Shown: positions 38,680-52,465, numbered from the whole stretch's first letter. The stretch: DNA of 62,523 nucleotides, filler included, from Chiloscyllium plagiosum (GCF_004010195.1; 4 parts of one record of this genome joined end to end with filler, not necessarily neighbours in it); one strand, 5' to 3'. The notes: a model not told the origin generated them from the letters alone. Numbers and translations: made by a program.

Positions 38680-39830
38680 ATAGGTGATTCAGGGAAAAAC
38701 ATCTCTGCGTTGATTTAAATACAAAAAGGTAAGTATAATGCAAGCAATACAGGTAAAAACACTAAACAGTGAAATTAACACTATTAATTACACAGAAGAC
38801 AGTAGTTAAATACACTATTAAATTAAACACAGATTAAGCAATGTAGGAACCTAAACAACAGTTTTAATCAATGAAATTTTAATCAGGCTTCCTACCCTTG
38901 GGGTCCCAACGCATTGTCACCATGCACCCCCCCTCTGCTAGCTAGGTCAGAAACTTTGGGGTCTCGGGAGTTTTAGCACACCACTGGGGCAAATGCAGTT
39001 TTGAAGTACAGATGCCTGTTCCCACTTGTCATTCCCGGAGCCTAGATGAAGACTTCGGACTGGGTCGGCCTTCAGTCTGGGTTGAGTCTGCTGATTCTGT
39101 AGGATGCGTATTGGATCTATCAGGTAAGTACTTGGTTTCTGTTACTTTCTGGTGGTTTCGTGGGCCCAGGTTTTACATCAGGATGTCTCTGAGGCCTAGT
39201 AGTGTCAGTCGGGGCGATTGGTTTTTGGAGTTAGTCGGTTCTTGAATCTGCTGATCATGGTTAGTAGCCGTTGGTTTCCCTGGTTTGGAACAGGCCTGTG
39301 TCTGGTAGCTCTTGGAAATAGCTGGAATTAGCTTTTGGAATTCTCTTTCTGGGGATTGCTGCTGGGGAATAACTGCTTGGAAAGTCTCCTGGGGAAATAG
39401 TTATGAGGAATGCTACCTCAGGTGAGATCACGGCCTGCAATTATACTGATTATGGGCCCCTTTATCTTTGTGCCAATTCTGTGCTTGTCCATTGTGTTTC
39501 TGGTGTTCCCTTTGAGGTCAGTTGGCTTCCCGATAGTTAAGAGTTAAGTGTAAATGTTCAGTATCTCTGTAGGCCCCATACTGTCTGTGCTGTGTAGCCC
39601 GAGGTGTAAAAGGTAGTTTTGGTCTACAGTGTTAGGTTTAGTTGATTTAGAGTGAAGGTCTAAATGGGAATTCCAGGCTGAACAATAGTCCCCAACTGAG
39701 ATCATGCTGGCTCTCTGTGTGTTTGTTGCAGCCTGAGCTCAGGATTTTGTCCAGTATTTTAGATGATGGGGATTTTTGCTTAATCCTACAGACCTAATGG
39801 TGTTAGGGCCAAGGCACTGTTATGGACAGA
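38680..39830. mobile_element. unclassified interspersed element, possibly LTR-like
   Basis: Compositionally distinct block between two CR1 fragments; no coding motif recognised. Confidence 0.25.
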
Positions 39831-39839
39831 AGATAAGCT

Positions 39840-41300
39840 GACTAGCAGAGAGCAGAGAGTGTGGAGAAAGGGGTCTTTTTAGGATGGCAGCTCATGCCTA
39901 ATGGAGTTCTGCAGTATTCAGCATTGGGACCACAATTATACATGTTATACATTAACAATCTGGACAAAGGGACTGAGGTAGACAGGAAGGAGGCTGGAAG
40001 AACACAGCAAGCCAGGCAGCATTGGGAGGTGCAGAAGTTGACATTTCGGGTATAAGCCTCTTGTGGGCAGCATGGTGGCTCAGTGGATAGCACTGCTGCT
40101 TCACGGTGCCAGGGACCTGGGTTCGATTCCAGCCTCAGGTAACTGTCTGTGTGGAGTTTGCACATTCTCCCTGGGTCTGCGTGGGTTTCCTCTGGGTGCT
40201 GTGGTTTCCTCTCACAATCCAAAAACATGCAGGTTAGGCAAATTGGCCATGTTTAACTGCCCATAGTGTCCAGGGATGTGTAGGTTAGGCGCATTAGTCA
40301 GGGGTAAATGTAAAATAATAGGATAGAGGAATGGGTCTGGGTGGGTTAATCTTTGGAGGGCCAGTGTGGACTGGTTAGGCCAAAGGGTCTGTTTCCACAC
40401 TGTCAGGATTCTATGATTCAGCCACCTCTGCCTCAAAGGAGCTGGATAGAGCTGTTTGCAGATGACACAAAATTAGGTGGAAGCGCTGAGGAAGATTTGA
40501 GGCTGCAGAAAGACATGGACAGACTAGCAGAGTGAGCAAAGAAATGGCAGATGGAACACTATTTGGGAAAGTGTGCAGTCATACACTTTGGTCGGAAGAA
40601 TAGAGCCATAGACTATTTTCAGAAATCTGAAATACAAAGGGACTTGGGAGTTCTAGTTCAGGATTTCTCTTAAGGTTAACGTGCAGGTTCATTTGTCAGT
40701 TAGGAGGGCAAATGCAATCATTTCAGGAGTGCTAGAATGCAGGAGCAGAGACGTACTACCGAAGCTGTACAAAGCTCTGGTCAGACCACATTTGGAATAT
40801 TGTGAGCAGTTTCAGACTCCATATCTAAGGAAGGATATTCTGGCCTTGGAGGGGTCCAGTGGAGGTTTACAAGAATGATCCTGAGGATGAAGGGCTTGTC
40901 ATGTGAGGAGTGGTTGAGGTCTCTGGGTGTGTACTCAATGGAGTTAGAGAATAAGAAGAGATCTGATTGGAACTTACAAATTACTGAGAGACCTGGATAG
41001 AGTGAACATGGAGATATTGCTTCCACCGGTAGGAGAGACTAGGAACATAGGCCAGAGCCTCCGAGTGATCGGATGAGCCTTTGAGAAGAAGAGGTATTTC
41101 TTCATCCAAAGAGGGACTCATGTGGATTGCTGCAGACGCCTGTGGAGGTTAACTCATTGAGTATATTTAGAACAGAGATAGATAGGTTCTTAATTGGTAA
41201 GGGGAACAAGGGTTATGGAAAAAGGACAGGAAAATGAGATCATAAAACATATTGGTCATGAACGACTTGATGGGCTGAGTGGACTAATTTGTTCCTACTT
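39840..41300 (+). mobile_element. old CR1 RT fragment with a nested PLE tail (~39976-40060) and V-SINE (40063-40416)
   Basis: GVLQYSALGPQL, FADDTKLGG and LVRPHLEYC; SINE head and tail visible. Confidence 0.85.
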
Positions 41301-42261
41301 TTATTGTTTTTTTTTTGGAATAATGCCATCAGCACAGGTTCAATTTGCACACTGGCTGAGATTATCATCTTCTCAAATACACCTCTCACCTGAGATGTGT
41401 TGACCCTCAGGTTAAACTCATCACCAGTGTCTAATGAGGGATGAGCCCCGTCTCTATGCCAATCCATGAAGCTTTGTTTAGCTGAAAAAGGTGCAAAGTG
41501 AATCTTGCGACTAACAAGTGAAGGTGAGCCACAGTGTGAGCCTGACTGATCTTAAATTGGTTGTTAGTGTAATTATTAGCATCATCAACATTGTTTACTC
41601 TGTGTTGTCCAATCATAGAGTCACATTCAATGTTTTGGATGCATGTTTGAATGTGGTTAAATGCTCTGCTTATTGGAAACAGCCAAAGAAACATACCATT
41701 ATAAATAGTGTTGCTGTCAAGTCATTGGCTATTTCTAAGACATGTGGACAAGCATAGATATGGACATCTTGGTCCCTCTCTTGGAACCCCAATCAGGGTC
41801 ACCTTCTCAGTTCATTCAGGTAAAAGTAGTAATAATTCTAACTTAGTTTTCTACTCTCTGACCTTCCAAACGCTGGTGTGGGAGATCAAACAGGGGGCTT
41901 TCAAATCTTCATGCTGTGTTGTCAGTAACCAAACTCACCTCCTCCATTACCCAACTCCAATTCTGGCTCTACCCTGAGAGATTGAATGTCTTATCCCGAG
42001 ACCTTAATTACCATTCAACATCTGCCAATCGCTTGAATGTATGTTCTCTTCTAAACTTGCCAGAACCCATTTCCAGATACTGACCTCATTAGTAATCAAT
42101 TTCTGCTAGCTGTAGAAAAACAATGGGCTTCCTGGGGTAGCTGTGTCTGGAGGAGCCTCTTTAATCAACACTCACTCTGAAATTAACCTCACAGCCTTGC
42201 CTCTCTAACACAAGTTATCTTTAGCTCCAATCCAAAATTACTAAAACAATAAAAATATCAA

Positions 42262-42521
42262 TAATGAAAGTAGAGTCGCAGGTAGATAGGATAGTGAAGA
42301 AGGCATTTGGTATGCTTCCCTTTATTGGTCAGAGTATTGAGTACAGGAGTTGTGAGGTCATGTTGCGGCTGTACAGGACATTGGTTAGGCCACTGCTGGA
42401 ATATTGCTTGCAATTCTGGTCTCCTTCCTATCGGAAAGATGTTGTGAAACTTGAAAGGGTTCAGAAAAGATTTACAAGGATGTTGCCAGGGTTGGAGGAT
42501 CTGAGCTACAGGGAGAGGCTG
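42262..42521 (+). mobile_element. CR1 RT C-terminal fragment
   Basis: QVDRIVKKAFGML...LVRPLLEYCLQFWSP. Confidence 0.92.
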
Positions 42522-42849
42522 ANNNNNNNNNNNNNNNNNNNNNNNNNNNNNNNNNNNNNNNNNNNNNNNNNNNNNNNNNNNNNNNNNNNNNNNNNNNNNN
42601 NNNNNNNNNNNNNNNNNNNNNNNNNNNNNNNNNNNNNNNNNNNNNNNNNNNNNNNNNNNNNNNNNNNNNNNNNNNNNNNNNNNNNNNNNNNNNNNNNNNN
42701 NNNNNNNNNNNNNNNNNNNNNNNNNNNNNNNNNNNNNNNNNNNNNNNNNNNNNNNNNNNNNNNNNNNNNNNNNNNNNNNNNNNNNNNNNNNNNNNNNNNN
42801 NNNNNNNNNNNNNNNNNNNNNNNNNNNNNNNNNNNNNNNNNNNNNNNNN

Positions 42850-43509
42850 TGGATCAGGCCAGACCCCCTCAAAACATTTCAAAAAAGTAGCCTGGACCCT
42901 AACTTTACTCATTGTTTTGAGCAGGTGTAAGTGGATATTCTCGGAGTGATGCAGCTGGTCAAACCACTTATTTTTAAACAAAACTGAATTTATTTACAAG
43001 ATTCCTGAATGAAACACAAGCAAAAGATAACAAAACATAGAAGAACTTAATCTATCCGAAAACCCAACAGACCATCCCAAATTAATGATGCTGTTCCAAC
43101 TACTTGTAACAATCCCCATAAAGACCCCTTGGAATAAAAGGAGAAATAAAACACAGGGTCTTACAGGAGAGATGTCAGAGAGAGAGAGAGAGAGAGTGGG
43201 TCAGTGTGGACCTGCTTCTTTGGGTCCAGCAGCTTCACACCTGCCTGACTGCTTTCAGTGAACAGCCAGACTGCTAAAGCCAAACCAAACCAGACAAAAG
43301 TTGAGCTGGGAGAACTGGTCACTTCCCTTTCATTGTGCAAGTGTTGGTTTCAAACTTAAAAGCCTTTTGCCTCAGGGAGTATCTGTTAGCTATAATCAAA
43401 CTGGCCCTAAAACCCATCTAAGCCAGACTTTTCAAAATCACTATTTTTACAACCTCTCTGAAAAAAAATAAGGACAACATAACCTTGTTAAAGGAACAGC
43501 ATCATCACA
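42850..43509. mobile_element. probable solo LTR
   Basis: About 660-bp non-coding block ending ..CATCACA; the left end is lost in a gap; classification from appearance only. Confidence 0.35.
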
Positions 43510-44684
43510 AATGTAAGGTAGTCTGTCAAGCTCAGAACATGGCTCATTAATAAAAGTGACGTACCTTCATATTCAGCTATCCATTCTCTAGAGACAAATT
43601 GCATGTTTAATTCCTTGCACGTTGTTTTTAGAAATACCATAGAGCTTGAGGAATTTAACTTCCCTGTGTATTCTCCTTAGCAATGTCTCAGCCAACCAGA
43701 GTTAGGAAGAAGGGAATATAGGAGGGATTGTAGGCCCCTGATCTGCCATTCAAGATTGTGACTATTCATTTATCTCAATGTCATTTTCTTAAGCTATCCC
43801 CATAGCCTTTAATGCCACCAGTAACTAGAAATCTATCAATTTTTTTTAACTTACTCAATGACTGAGCTTCCACATGATTTGAGATAGAGAATTTCTAGTA
43901 CTAGACCCCACTACTACATTTCTGCATCTACTCTGACCATACCTTTATGAATTTTGAACATTTCTATGAGATTGCCTCTCGTTATTCTCAACTCCAGAGG
44001 AGGTAGACCCTGTCTCCTGAATCTCTCCTCAGAGCGCAGTGCCACATTCCCAGGACCCAGGCTGGTAAACCCCCGCTGCAGTCTCAGTACACAAGAAGGT
44101 CCTTTCTTATGCAAGGGCACCAGAGCTGCACACACTGCTCCAGAAACTGTCTCACTCTTTGCTCCAGTGCTCAGGTCACCCCATGACCTTGTGAACATAC
44201 AAAATCAGAGCAGAAGTAGACCATTCAGCCCCTCAACCCAGCTCGGCCATTCAATAAGATCAACGATGATCTATTTGTGTTTCAAAATACCACATTCCTA
44301 TCTATCCAGATAACCACTGAGTCCCAGGTATAACAATAATCTGTTGATCCTGCCTTAAAACTATTCAACGTCTCTGGCTGCACTGTCTTCTGCAGTTACA
44401 CAACCTTCTCAGACAGACCCTCTCTTTTCAAAAGGTGATCCCTCATTAAAACATAGTGTCCCCTAGTCCTGGATGCAACCCAAACAGTGAACATTATTTC
44501 CACAACCACTTTGTCAGGATCTTACAGACTACAATCAATTCACCCCTCATTCTATTAACTGCAATGAAAACGACCTTAGTCTATCCAGACTTTCACCACA
44601 GCGCAAATCATTCATTCAAGGTGTCAATCTCTTCAACCTCCTCCAATGCATTGACATCCTTTCTTTAATCAGGAGATGTAAATT

Positions 44685-44876
44685 TAGAACATAGATACAT
44701 AGAAAAATACAGCGCAGTACAGGCCCTTCGGCCCTCGATGTTGCGCCGATCCAAGCCCACCTAACCTACACTAGCCCACTATCCTCCATATGCCTATCCA
44801 ATGCCCGTTTAAATGCCCATAAAGAGGGAGAGTCCACCACTGCTACTGGCAGGGCATTCCATGAACTCACGACTCG
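44685..44876 (-). mobile_element. CR1 3' end
   Basis: Same tail family as 37236, 49890 and 54755. Confidence 0.8.
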
Positions 44877-44976
44877 NNNNNNNNNNNNNNNNNNNNNNNN
44901 NNNNNNNNNNNNNNNNNNNNTTAATTAATTAANNNNNNNNNNNNNNNNNNNNNNNNNNNNNNNNNNNNNNNNNNNN
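44877..44976. other. artificial scaffold linker
   Basis: 44N-TTAATTAATTAA-44N. Confidence 0.95.
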
Positions 44977-45130
44977 GTTTCTGAGGCCAGGGGAATCTTC
45001 TGGAATGTTTGAGGAGCGCTGGTTATGGAGGTGGGTAGATAAAAGTTTGTTGTACTTACAGTTTTTGATGTTTGAGATGGAATTGAAATACTGTTTGTTG
45101 AGAGTATGAATTCTCCTGAGGATGTAGTAC

Positions 45131-45295
45131 TCTATGCTACTCTATCCCCCCCCCGACCCTCCTCTAGCTTATCTCTCCACGCTTCAGGCTCTCTGCCTTT
45201 ATTCCTGATGAAGGGCTTTTGCCCGAAACGTCGATTTTGCCTGTCCTCGGATGCTGCCTGAATTGCTGTGCTCTTCCAGCACCACTAATCCAGAG
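45131..45295 (+). mobile_element. PLE terminal repeat fragment
   Basis: C-rich leader, hammerhead, then gatgctgcctgaattgctgtgctcttccagcacc. Confidence 0.75.
45201..45236 (+). ncRNA. minimal hammerhead ribozyme motif (intact core)
   Basis: attc-CTGATGA-A-GGGC-TTTT-GCCC-GAAA-C-GTC-gatt; predicted cut after 45232. Confidence 0.78.
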
Positions 45296-45984
45296 CCTAT
45301 CCTTCTGTGTTGACTCAGCACTGTTACAAGCCTGATGTCTAAGATTGTAATGTTTAAGGCCGGTCTCTTTAATTTAGAGTAAAATGGAGAAATGTAAGTG
45401 AGCTGTCCTGAATTCTACTCACCACAAGTCTGGATGGCTTGCTTGTTGAACGTTAAAGATGACCCCAAGTTGATTAAATGGAAAGGGGTGATGTGTTTGT
45501 GGTGGATACATTGCTAGGTCACAACTCACACAGAGACGTGTTACAGGTCAGGTTTTGTAAATGGCTCTACTTTAAACCGTCTGTTTAATTCCAAGTTGGA
45601 ATAGGGTTGGGGATCTAATTAGTATTTTTAACTGGATAAATAGCCCAAAAAAAAATCACATTGCCGTAGAGATGGATACTTAGAAGTCAAAAAAAGTCAT
45701 TTTCATGTCAACCGATAAGTTTGTTAAGAAATCCTTGAACCTCACAAACGGTTCAGTCAGGAAGAATTTGAGAAAGACAGAGAGAGAGCAAGGAAGAACA
45801 GAAAGGTGAAGATGGAGTCCTGTACCATAAGCAGAGACAATGCCAATCCCCTATGAACTCACACTAAAATTGAAGAGATCAATTTAATGGATTTAAATGA
45901 AACGAGAAGATCCACCCAGCTTGGCTAAAGATAAAAATTACCAATTCACCCTGCATGTCAAAGTCAGCTCAGGGATTAGAAGGA

Positions 45985-46300
45985 ATCCAGCAGCCAACAT
46001 AATCAACGACCCCCTCCCACCCCAGTTACACTCTCTTCCGTTCTCATCTGTCGGGCAGAAGTTACAAAATTTTTAACATGCATATGAACAGATTCAAGAA
46101 CAGCTCCTTCCCCACTGTTATCAGACCTTTGAATGCACCTTTCAAATATTAATATTGATCTCTCTCTCTCTCTCTCTGCACCTTCTCTGTGGCTGTAACA
46201 CTGTATTCTACACTCTGTTCTGCATCCCTACAACCTCCCTGTATAGCACACAAAACAATGCTTTTCACTGTATCTCAGTACATGTGATCATAATAAATGC
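45985..46300 (+). mobile_element. Rex1/Babar LINE 3' fragment
   Basis: IINDPSHP..LF..SGR.Y...RFKNSSFPTVIRPLN, followed by a 3'UTR ending cttttcactgtatctcagtacatgtga. Confidence 0.7.
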
Positions 46301-46494
46301 AACTGGGAAAGGAGAAGGGAAGTCATTGTGTGATGAAAATAGATGTGGATTGGTTCTGGAATATGAAGGAACTGTGTTTAGTAAACCTTGTCTGGGTAAT
46401 TTGATTGCTTTAAAAATTAGAAGGGAGAAGCCTTTCTGAAATTTAGAATTTAAATTGCCAACTAAAATAGTGTTTGATCCATGGTGCTTTTGGT

Positions 46495-46995
46495 TCATTT
46501 GTTACAGCACCAGTCAATGAAAGTAAACTGGCAGGTGCAGCAAGTAATTAGGAAGGCAAATATATTGGCCTTCATTGCAAGAGGATTTGAGTTCAGAAGT
46601 AGTGATGTCTTACTACGGTTATACGTGGCATTTAACTTTGATCTCCAGCATCTGCAGACCTCACTTTCTCCAGGCAAATATATTGGCCTTCATTGCAAGA
46701 GGATTTGAGTTCAGAAGTAGTGATGTCTTACTACGGTTATACGTGGCATTTGTGAGACTCCACTCAGAGTATTGTGTGCAGTTTTGGTCTCTCTGCCTAA
46801 GAAAGGATAATCTGACCATAGAGAGAGTGTAGTAGAGATTCATGAGGCTAATAAAGGGTTGGAAGGAGGAATGAATGGTTTGACTGGACACATATTCCCT
46901 AGAGTTTAGAAGGATAAGAGGGCATTTGCTTGAAATGTACAAAATTCTAACAAGGCTTTACAGACTCGCTGCAAGATGGATGTTTCCTCTGGTTC
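46495..46995 (+). mobile_element. CR1 fragment containing an 80-bp direct repeat around a 38-bp PLE tail
   Basis: 46554-46633 is identical to 46672-46751; insert at 46634-46671. Confidence 0.88.
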
Positions 46996-48089
46996 GTTCA
47001 CCCAACTGCACCTTGCAAAGCTATGACCTCTACCATCTAGAAGGACAAGGGCAGTCAACGCCATGGGAACACCACCATCTAAAAGTTCCTACACTCCATC
47101 CTGATATCAACACATATCGCTGTTTCTTCACTGTCACTGGGTCATAATCTCAGAACTCTCTCACAAACAGCACTATGGGTGTACCTACACCACATGGACT
47201 GCCATGATTCAGGAAGGCAGCTTTTCAAGGGGCAGTTAAGATTGAGCAATAAACGCTGGGTAAGCCAGCATTCCCTGATTGAATATCAAAACAATCCTGG
47301 AATCAGAGAATGGTTGTGCTCTGAAATAAGCCATTTGACCAATCAAGTCTGCATCTACCCCTTTTAAGACTAATCCAGTCACACCCACCTGACTACTTTC
47401 TCTCTTTATAAAGGGAATTAGGAATCCACGCAATTGGAAACCGGAAACCTCTGATTCTATTAGCAATAAAATGGAACGCTGTGAAGCTTGCTCTGGTGCC
47501 CATGAATCAAGTGGTCAACGTTCTCAACAGAGTTGCAACATGATGAGAAAACTAAAGTTGACTGTGATATACAAATGTGAAGGGTTTGATCCGATAATTC
47601 TTCAAGTAGCAGGCAATAAGCAAATGCTCTGCTCTCAGAACCACATTGTCCTCTATTGATGTTGAAACTTAGTTATGCATTTGAGACATCACAGTATTGT
47701 TGAAGTAACTGAGCATATGGCTGAATATATTTGTTAAGAATTAGAATACCCTTGTAATAAGACTGAAGGCTTGTTTCCTGATTATTCCCTTGAGTACAGC
47801 TGATTAAGCTGTTATCTAACTGAAGGAATATGAAAGGAGTTGATCGGGGTGATAGAGAGAAACTAATTCTTCCATTGTGTCTGGTGGCGATGGTGGGAAC
47901 GTTGCCAAAACAACAAGCTAAACCCCAAAAGTTTGAGTTTTTTTCAAAACTTAATTACAAGGATGCGAGCATTGTTGCCAGGCCCAGCATTTATTGCCCA
48001 GAAGGTAGTTGAGAGTCAATCACATTACTGTGGCCCTGGAGTCAATGTAGGCCAGACAAGTACAGCAGTTTCCTTCCTGAAGGGAGATA

Positions 48090-48465
48090 GAAGAGCATCA
48101 CACCCAGACCCACTCCTACATTTCCCATGGCTAACCCACCTAGACTGCACATCACACCCAGACCCACCCCTACATTTCCCATGGCTAACCCACCTAGACT
48201 GCACATCCCACCCAGACCCACCCCTACATTATCCATGGCTAACCCACCTAGACTGCACATCCCTGGACTCTGTGGGGCAATTTCCCAAGGCCAATCCACC
48301 TAATCTGCACACCTTTGGACTGTGGGAGGAAACCAGAGCACCCTGAGATAACACACATAGATACAAGGAGAATGTCCACACTGCATGCAGTCACCCGAGG
48401 GTGGAACTGAACCCAGATCCCTGGCACTGTGAGGCAGTAGTTCTAACCACTGAGCCACCATGCTA
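48090..48465 (-). mobile_element. V-SINE with an internal 3 x 54-bp tandem expansion (48096-48262)
   Basis: Units start at 48096, 48150 and 48204. Confidence 0.85.
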
Positions 48466-48539
48466 CCCCTTAGTGAGCCAGCTGGGTATTTTCTCTGATA
48501 ATGGTTTACGGATATCAATAGATTTCTATAACTCTTGTT

Positions 48540-49040
48540 ATAGAGTCATAGAGACATACAGCATTGAAACAGACCTTTCGGTCTAACCAGTCCATGCTGA
48601 ACGTAATCCCAAACTAAACTAAACCCACCTGCCTGCTGTTGGCCCATATCCCTCCAAACCTTTCCGATTCATGTATCCATCCAAATGTCTCCTAAAGATT
48701 GGAATTGTACCTGCATTCATCATGTTCTCAGGAAGTTCATTCCACACACAAACTACCCTTCGTGGAAAAAAATTGCCCCTCATTTCTTTTTTAAGTATCT
48801 TTTCCCTTACCTGAAAAATGTGCCCCTAGTCTTGAAATCCCCAACCCTAGAGAAAAGACGTCTATCACTAACTCTACCCTTACCCCTCATTATTTTATAA
48901 ACTTCTATCAGGTCACCTCTCAACCTCTTATGCCCCAGTCCAGCCCATCCAGCCTTTCAAAACTTCCACACCATCAATATCCTGATAAATCCCTTCTGAA
49001 CCCTCTCCTGCTTGATAATATCCTTCCTATAACTGGGTGA
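48540..49040 (-). mobile_element. CR1 3' fragment
   Basis: tagagtcatagag tail and reverse-strand RT C-terminus. Confidence 0.8.
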
Positions 49041-49532
49041 ATAACTTGAATACAAATTATTAAATAAAAATTCTGCCGTGATGGGATTCAAACCCAGATC
49101 TCCAGCACATTATCTGGGTGTCTGGATTAGGAATGTAGCAACAACGTCACTGGTCTAGCTAACTCATTTACAGGAAGCAACCATTCACACAGAGGGATTG
49201 AAAATCTAGAATATGCCTCCCCCTCTGAAAATAAAACATTGTCGAGAAGAGCTGAATAATTGAAAAATTGAAAGCTGAATTGGGGAGATTTTTGGTTGGC
49301 TTCATTGTCATGGGTTATGGAACGAAGGCAGGTGGATGAAGTTGAGATTATTTCGTTGAAGAGTGGGACAAGTGTGGAGGGTTGAATTCTGTTCAAGTTA
49401 TAGTTGCTCCCTTTTATTGCATTCTTACCATTTCCATACCTGATCCATCTATGGCAATAGCAGGGCCCCCTCATGCTTACCTGGCAGTATTGCTGGGGGT
49501 TGGGGCATTTGATAAGCATTCCCATCCTGCTC

Positions 49533-50482
49533 CAGTTTAATAGAGACATACAAGATAATCAGAAGGTTAGATAGGGTGGACAGGGAGAGCCTTTTTCCAA
49601 GTATGGGGACGGCAAACACGAGGGGACACAACTTTAAAGTGAGGGGAGATAGGTATAAGACAGATGTCAGAGGTAGTTTCTTTACTCAGAGAGTAGTAAA
49701 GATATGAATGCTTTGCCTGCATCAGTAATAAATTCGCCAAGTTTAAGTGCATTTAAGTCGTCATTGGACAGGCATATGGACATACATGGAATAGTGTGGT
49801 GGGATGGGCTTCAGATTAGTATGACAGGGAGGTGCAACATCAAGGGCCGAAGGGCCTGTACTGCGCTGTAATGTTCAATGTTCTATGTTCCAGTTCCCTT
49901 TATTGGTCAGAGCATTGAGTATAGAGGTTGGGAGGTCATGTTGCGGCTGTACAGGACATTGGTTAGGCCACTTTTGGAATATTGCGTGTAATTCTGGTCT
50001 CCTTCCTATCGGAAGGATGTTGTGAAACTTGAAAGGGTTCAGAAAGGATTTACAAGGATGTTGTCAGGATTGGAGGATTTGAGCTATAGGGAGAGGCTGA
50101 ACAGGCTGGGGCTGTTTTCCCTGGAGTATCGGAGGCTGAGGGGTGACCTCATCGAGGTTTATAAAATCGTGAGGATCATGGATAAGATAAATAGACAAAG
50201 TCTTTTCCCTGGGCTGGTAGAGTCCAGAAGTAAAGGGCATAGGTATAGGGTGATAGGGGATATAAAAGAGACCTTGGGGCAACTCCTTCACGCAGAGGGT
50301 GGCATGTGTATGGAATGAGCTGCCAGAGGAAGTGGTGGAGGCTGGTACAATTACAGCATTTAAAAGGCATCTGGATGGATATATGAATAAGAAGAGTTTA
50401 GAGGAATATGGGCAAAATGTGACTGGGTTAGATTGGGATATCTGGTCGGCATCGATGAGTTGGACATCTCTATGACTCTATG
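49533..50482 (+). mobile_element. two adjacent CR1 3' fragments (49533-49890, 49895-50482)
   Basis: LIETYKIIR..; KLERVQKGFTRML..LRGDLIEVYKI; gttctat and ctatgact tails. Confidence 0.88.
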
Positions 50483-51584
50483 AGAAGACTTCCTCCCATC
50501 CCACACCATGGTACAAGTGGAACCCAGATATTATGCACCCAGTGCCCTCCTGATCCTGACCCCTCATCACTATCCTCACTACCCCCACCCTCTCCATTAT
50601 CTGCCACCTCCCCTCTCCCTTGAACAGCCCAGCTGGAATCACTCCACCATTCTGCAGGTGCCTGGGAACCCAGGCTGTGGAATCCCAACCTCTCCCCCTC
50701 GATTTCCCCCTTTAAGTCACTCCTTACAGCCTACCTTTCTGCCAGAGACTTTTGTTCACCTGTCTTATTGTCTTCTCACATGGCCCAGCCCGGTCCAGCC
50801 TCAAATGTTGCTGCTGAATAGATCAGAAGGTTTCACCACATTTAACACGCTATATAAATGTGGGTTGTTGTTGTTGATAGTTTGATGCATTTTTTAGAAT
50901 GGTACATCACCTGTGAATATTGAGTGCTGTCTTTGCCTGATGCTTTGGCATCCCTTATGCTGTTTCACTCTACTTAATTATTCCTTTAGGAAGAGAAAAT
51001 ACAGCAGTTTGTGGAAATCAGGCAGACAATTCAGAAATTTCTGGAAGCACTTAGCGCAGTGTTCAGGCGAGTGAGGTAGGGTTTCTGGCCTAGGTCATCG
51101 ATGACCCATCACAGCTGGCTGCTTTCCTTGAATCTCTCACATTGTCAGTAATCACCCGCGTAACCTTTTCAGAAACTGTTTTTTTTTGTGCTGGAGAACC
51201 AGGTGCCAATGAACAAATGTTCCGGAGGCATAGAGCCACGACTGGGAAAACATCCTTCAGTTTTTAAACATCCAGCACAGATGGGTCATGAGAGAGATAC
51301 AGAGTAGGCCCCATTATCCTCTGAAAAGGGATTAATGGCATCTAGCATTGAGCTTCAATCAGACCTCAGCTTCTGGGTTCTGAATGGAAACCTTGATTGT
51401 TCCTCTCACTGTTCAGCTACTCATCAGCATGATGATTGTTTTCAGCACGCGCCGTTTTCATTAACTATAAGTGAGCCGTGGTGTTTACTTTGTAAAGGAG
51501 TGCCCAAAATTACCCAAAACAGACACACACTGTCAAACACGGGCAAAATACTGGGGGTTTTGGAAACCTGAAACTGAGGCAGAG

Positions 51585-51912
51585 AATGTTTCGGGCAGAA
51601 ACGTTGACTGTCCTGCTCCTTGGATGCTGTCTGACCTGCCGCGATTTTCCAGCTTCCCATCTGTTGACTCTGACTTCCAGCATCTGCAGTCCTTCCGGTC
51701 TCCAAGTCACAGATGTAGAGAAACCTGAAGGAACCTGTGGAGAGAGAAATAGAGTTAATGTTCCCCGTCTGGTCTGATTCCTCTCCAGATCTGTTCAGCA
51801 ACATTGCTGATGAAGAGTCGTGCTGGATTCGAGACGCTAGCTCTATTTCTCTTGCTCCTCAGATGCTGCCAGACCTGCCGAGATTCTCCAGCATTCCCTG
51901 CTTTTGTTTGAC
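51585..51912. mobile_element. cluster of PLE terminal fragments including a degenerate hammerhead at 51803-51842
   Basis: CTGATGA-A-GAGTC-GTGCTG-GATTC-GAGA-CGCTA plus the shared gatgctgcc..ccagca tail. Confidence 0.6.
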
Positions 51913-52334
51913 CCACATTCTACACTTGCTTCTTGCACACGTCCTGACAGCTGACACCAAGTGTGCAAAGAATGACATAGCCAATAAGTGGAGGTCAGTC
52001 TGCCTGCCAATGCGGCTCGCTAGATACCACCAGAGGTCACATGCAACAAGGGAGAATGGAACCATCACCAATGGCATTACTATCATTGACTTTTTAAAAA
52101 TTAATTCATGCAATGTGGAAGTTGCATTGCCCGTCCCTAGTGAGAGGATGGAACAGAGTTGTCTTCTCAAACCACTGTAGGTCCATTTGGTGTAGGAATC
52201 CCCCATAATCAACATCCATTGACCAGAAACTTCATTGGACTAGCCAAATAAATGCAAGAGTAGGTCAGAGGCTAAGAATACTGTGGCAATTAATCCATCT
52301 CCTGACTCCCCAAAGCCTGTCCACCATCTACCAA

Positions 52335-52465
52335 GGGGAGAAAGTGAGGACTGCAGATGCTGGAAATCAGAGTCGAGAGTGTGATGCTGGAAAAGCGCAG
52401 CAGGTCAGGCAGCATCCAAGGAGGAGGAGAACCGGCGTTTCGGGCATCAGCTCTTCATCAGGAAT
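52335..52465 (-). mobile_element. PLE terminal fragment with a near-intact hammerhead at 52430-52465
   Basis: Minus strand attc-CTGATGA-A-GAGC-TGAT-GCCC-GAAA-C-GCC, ending ctcactttctcc. Confidence 0.75.
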
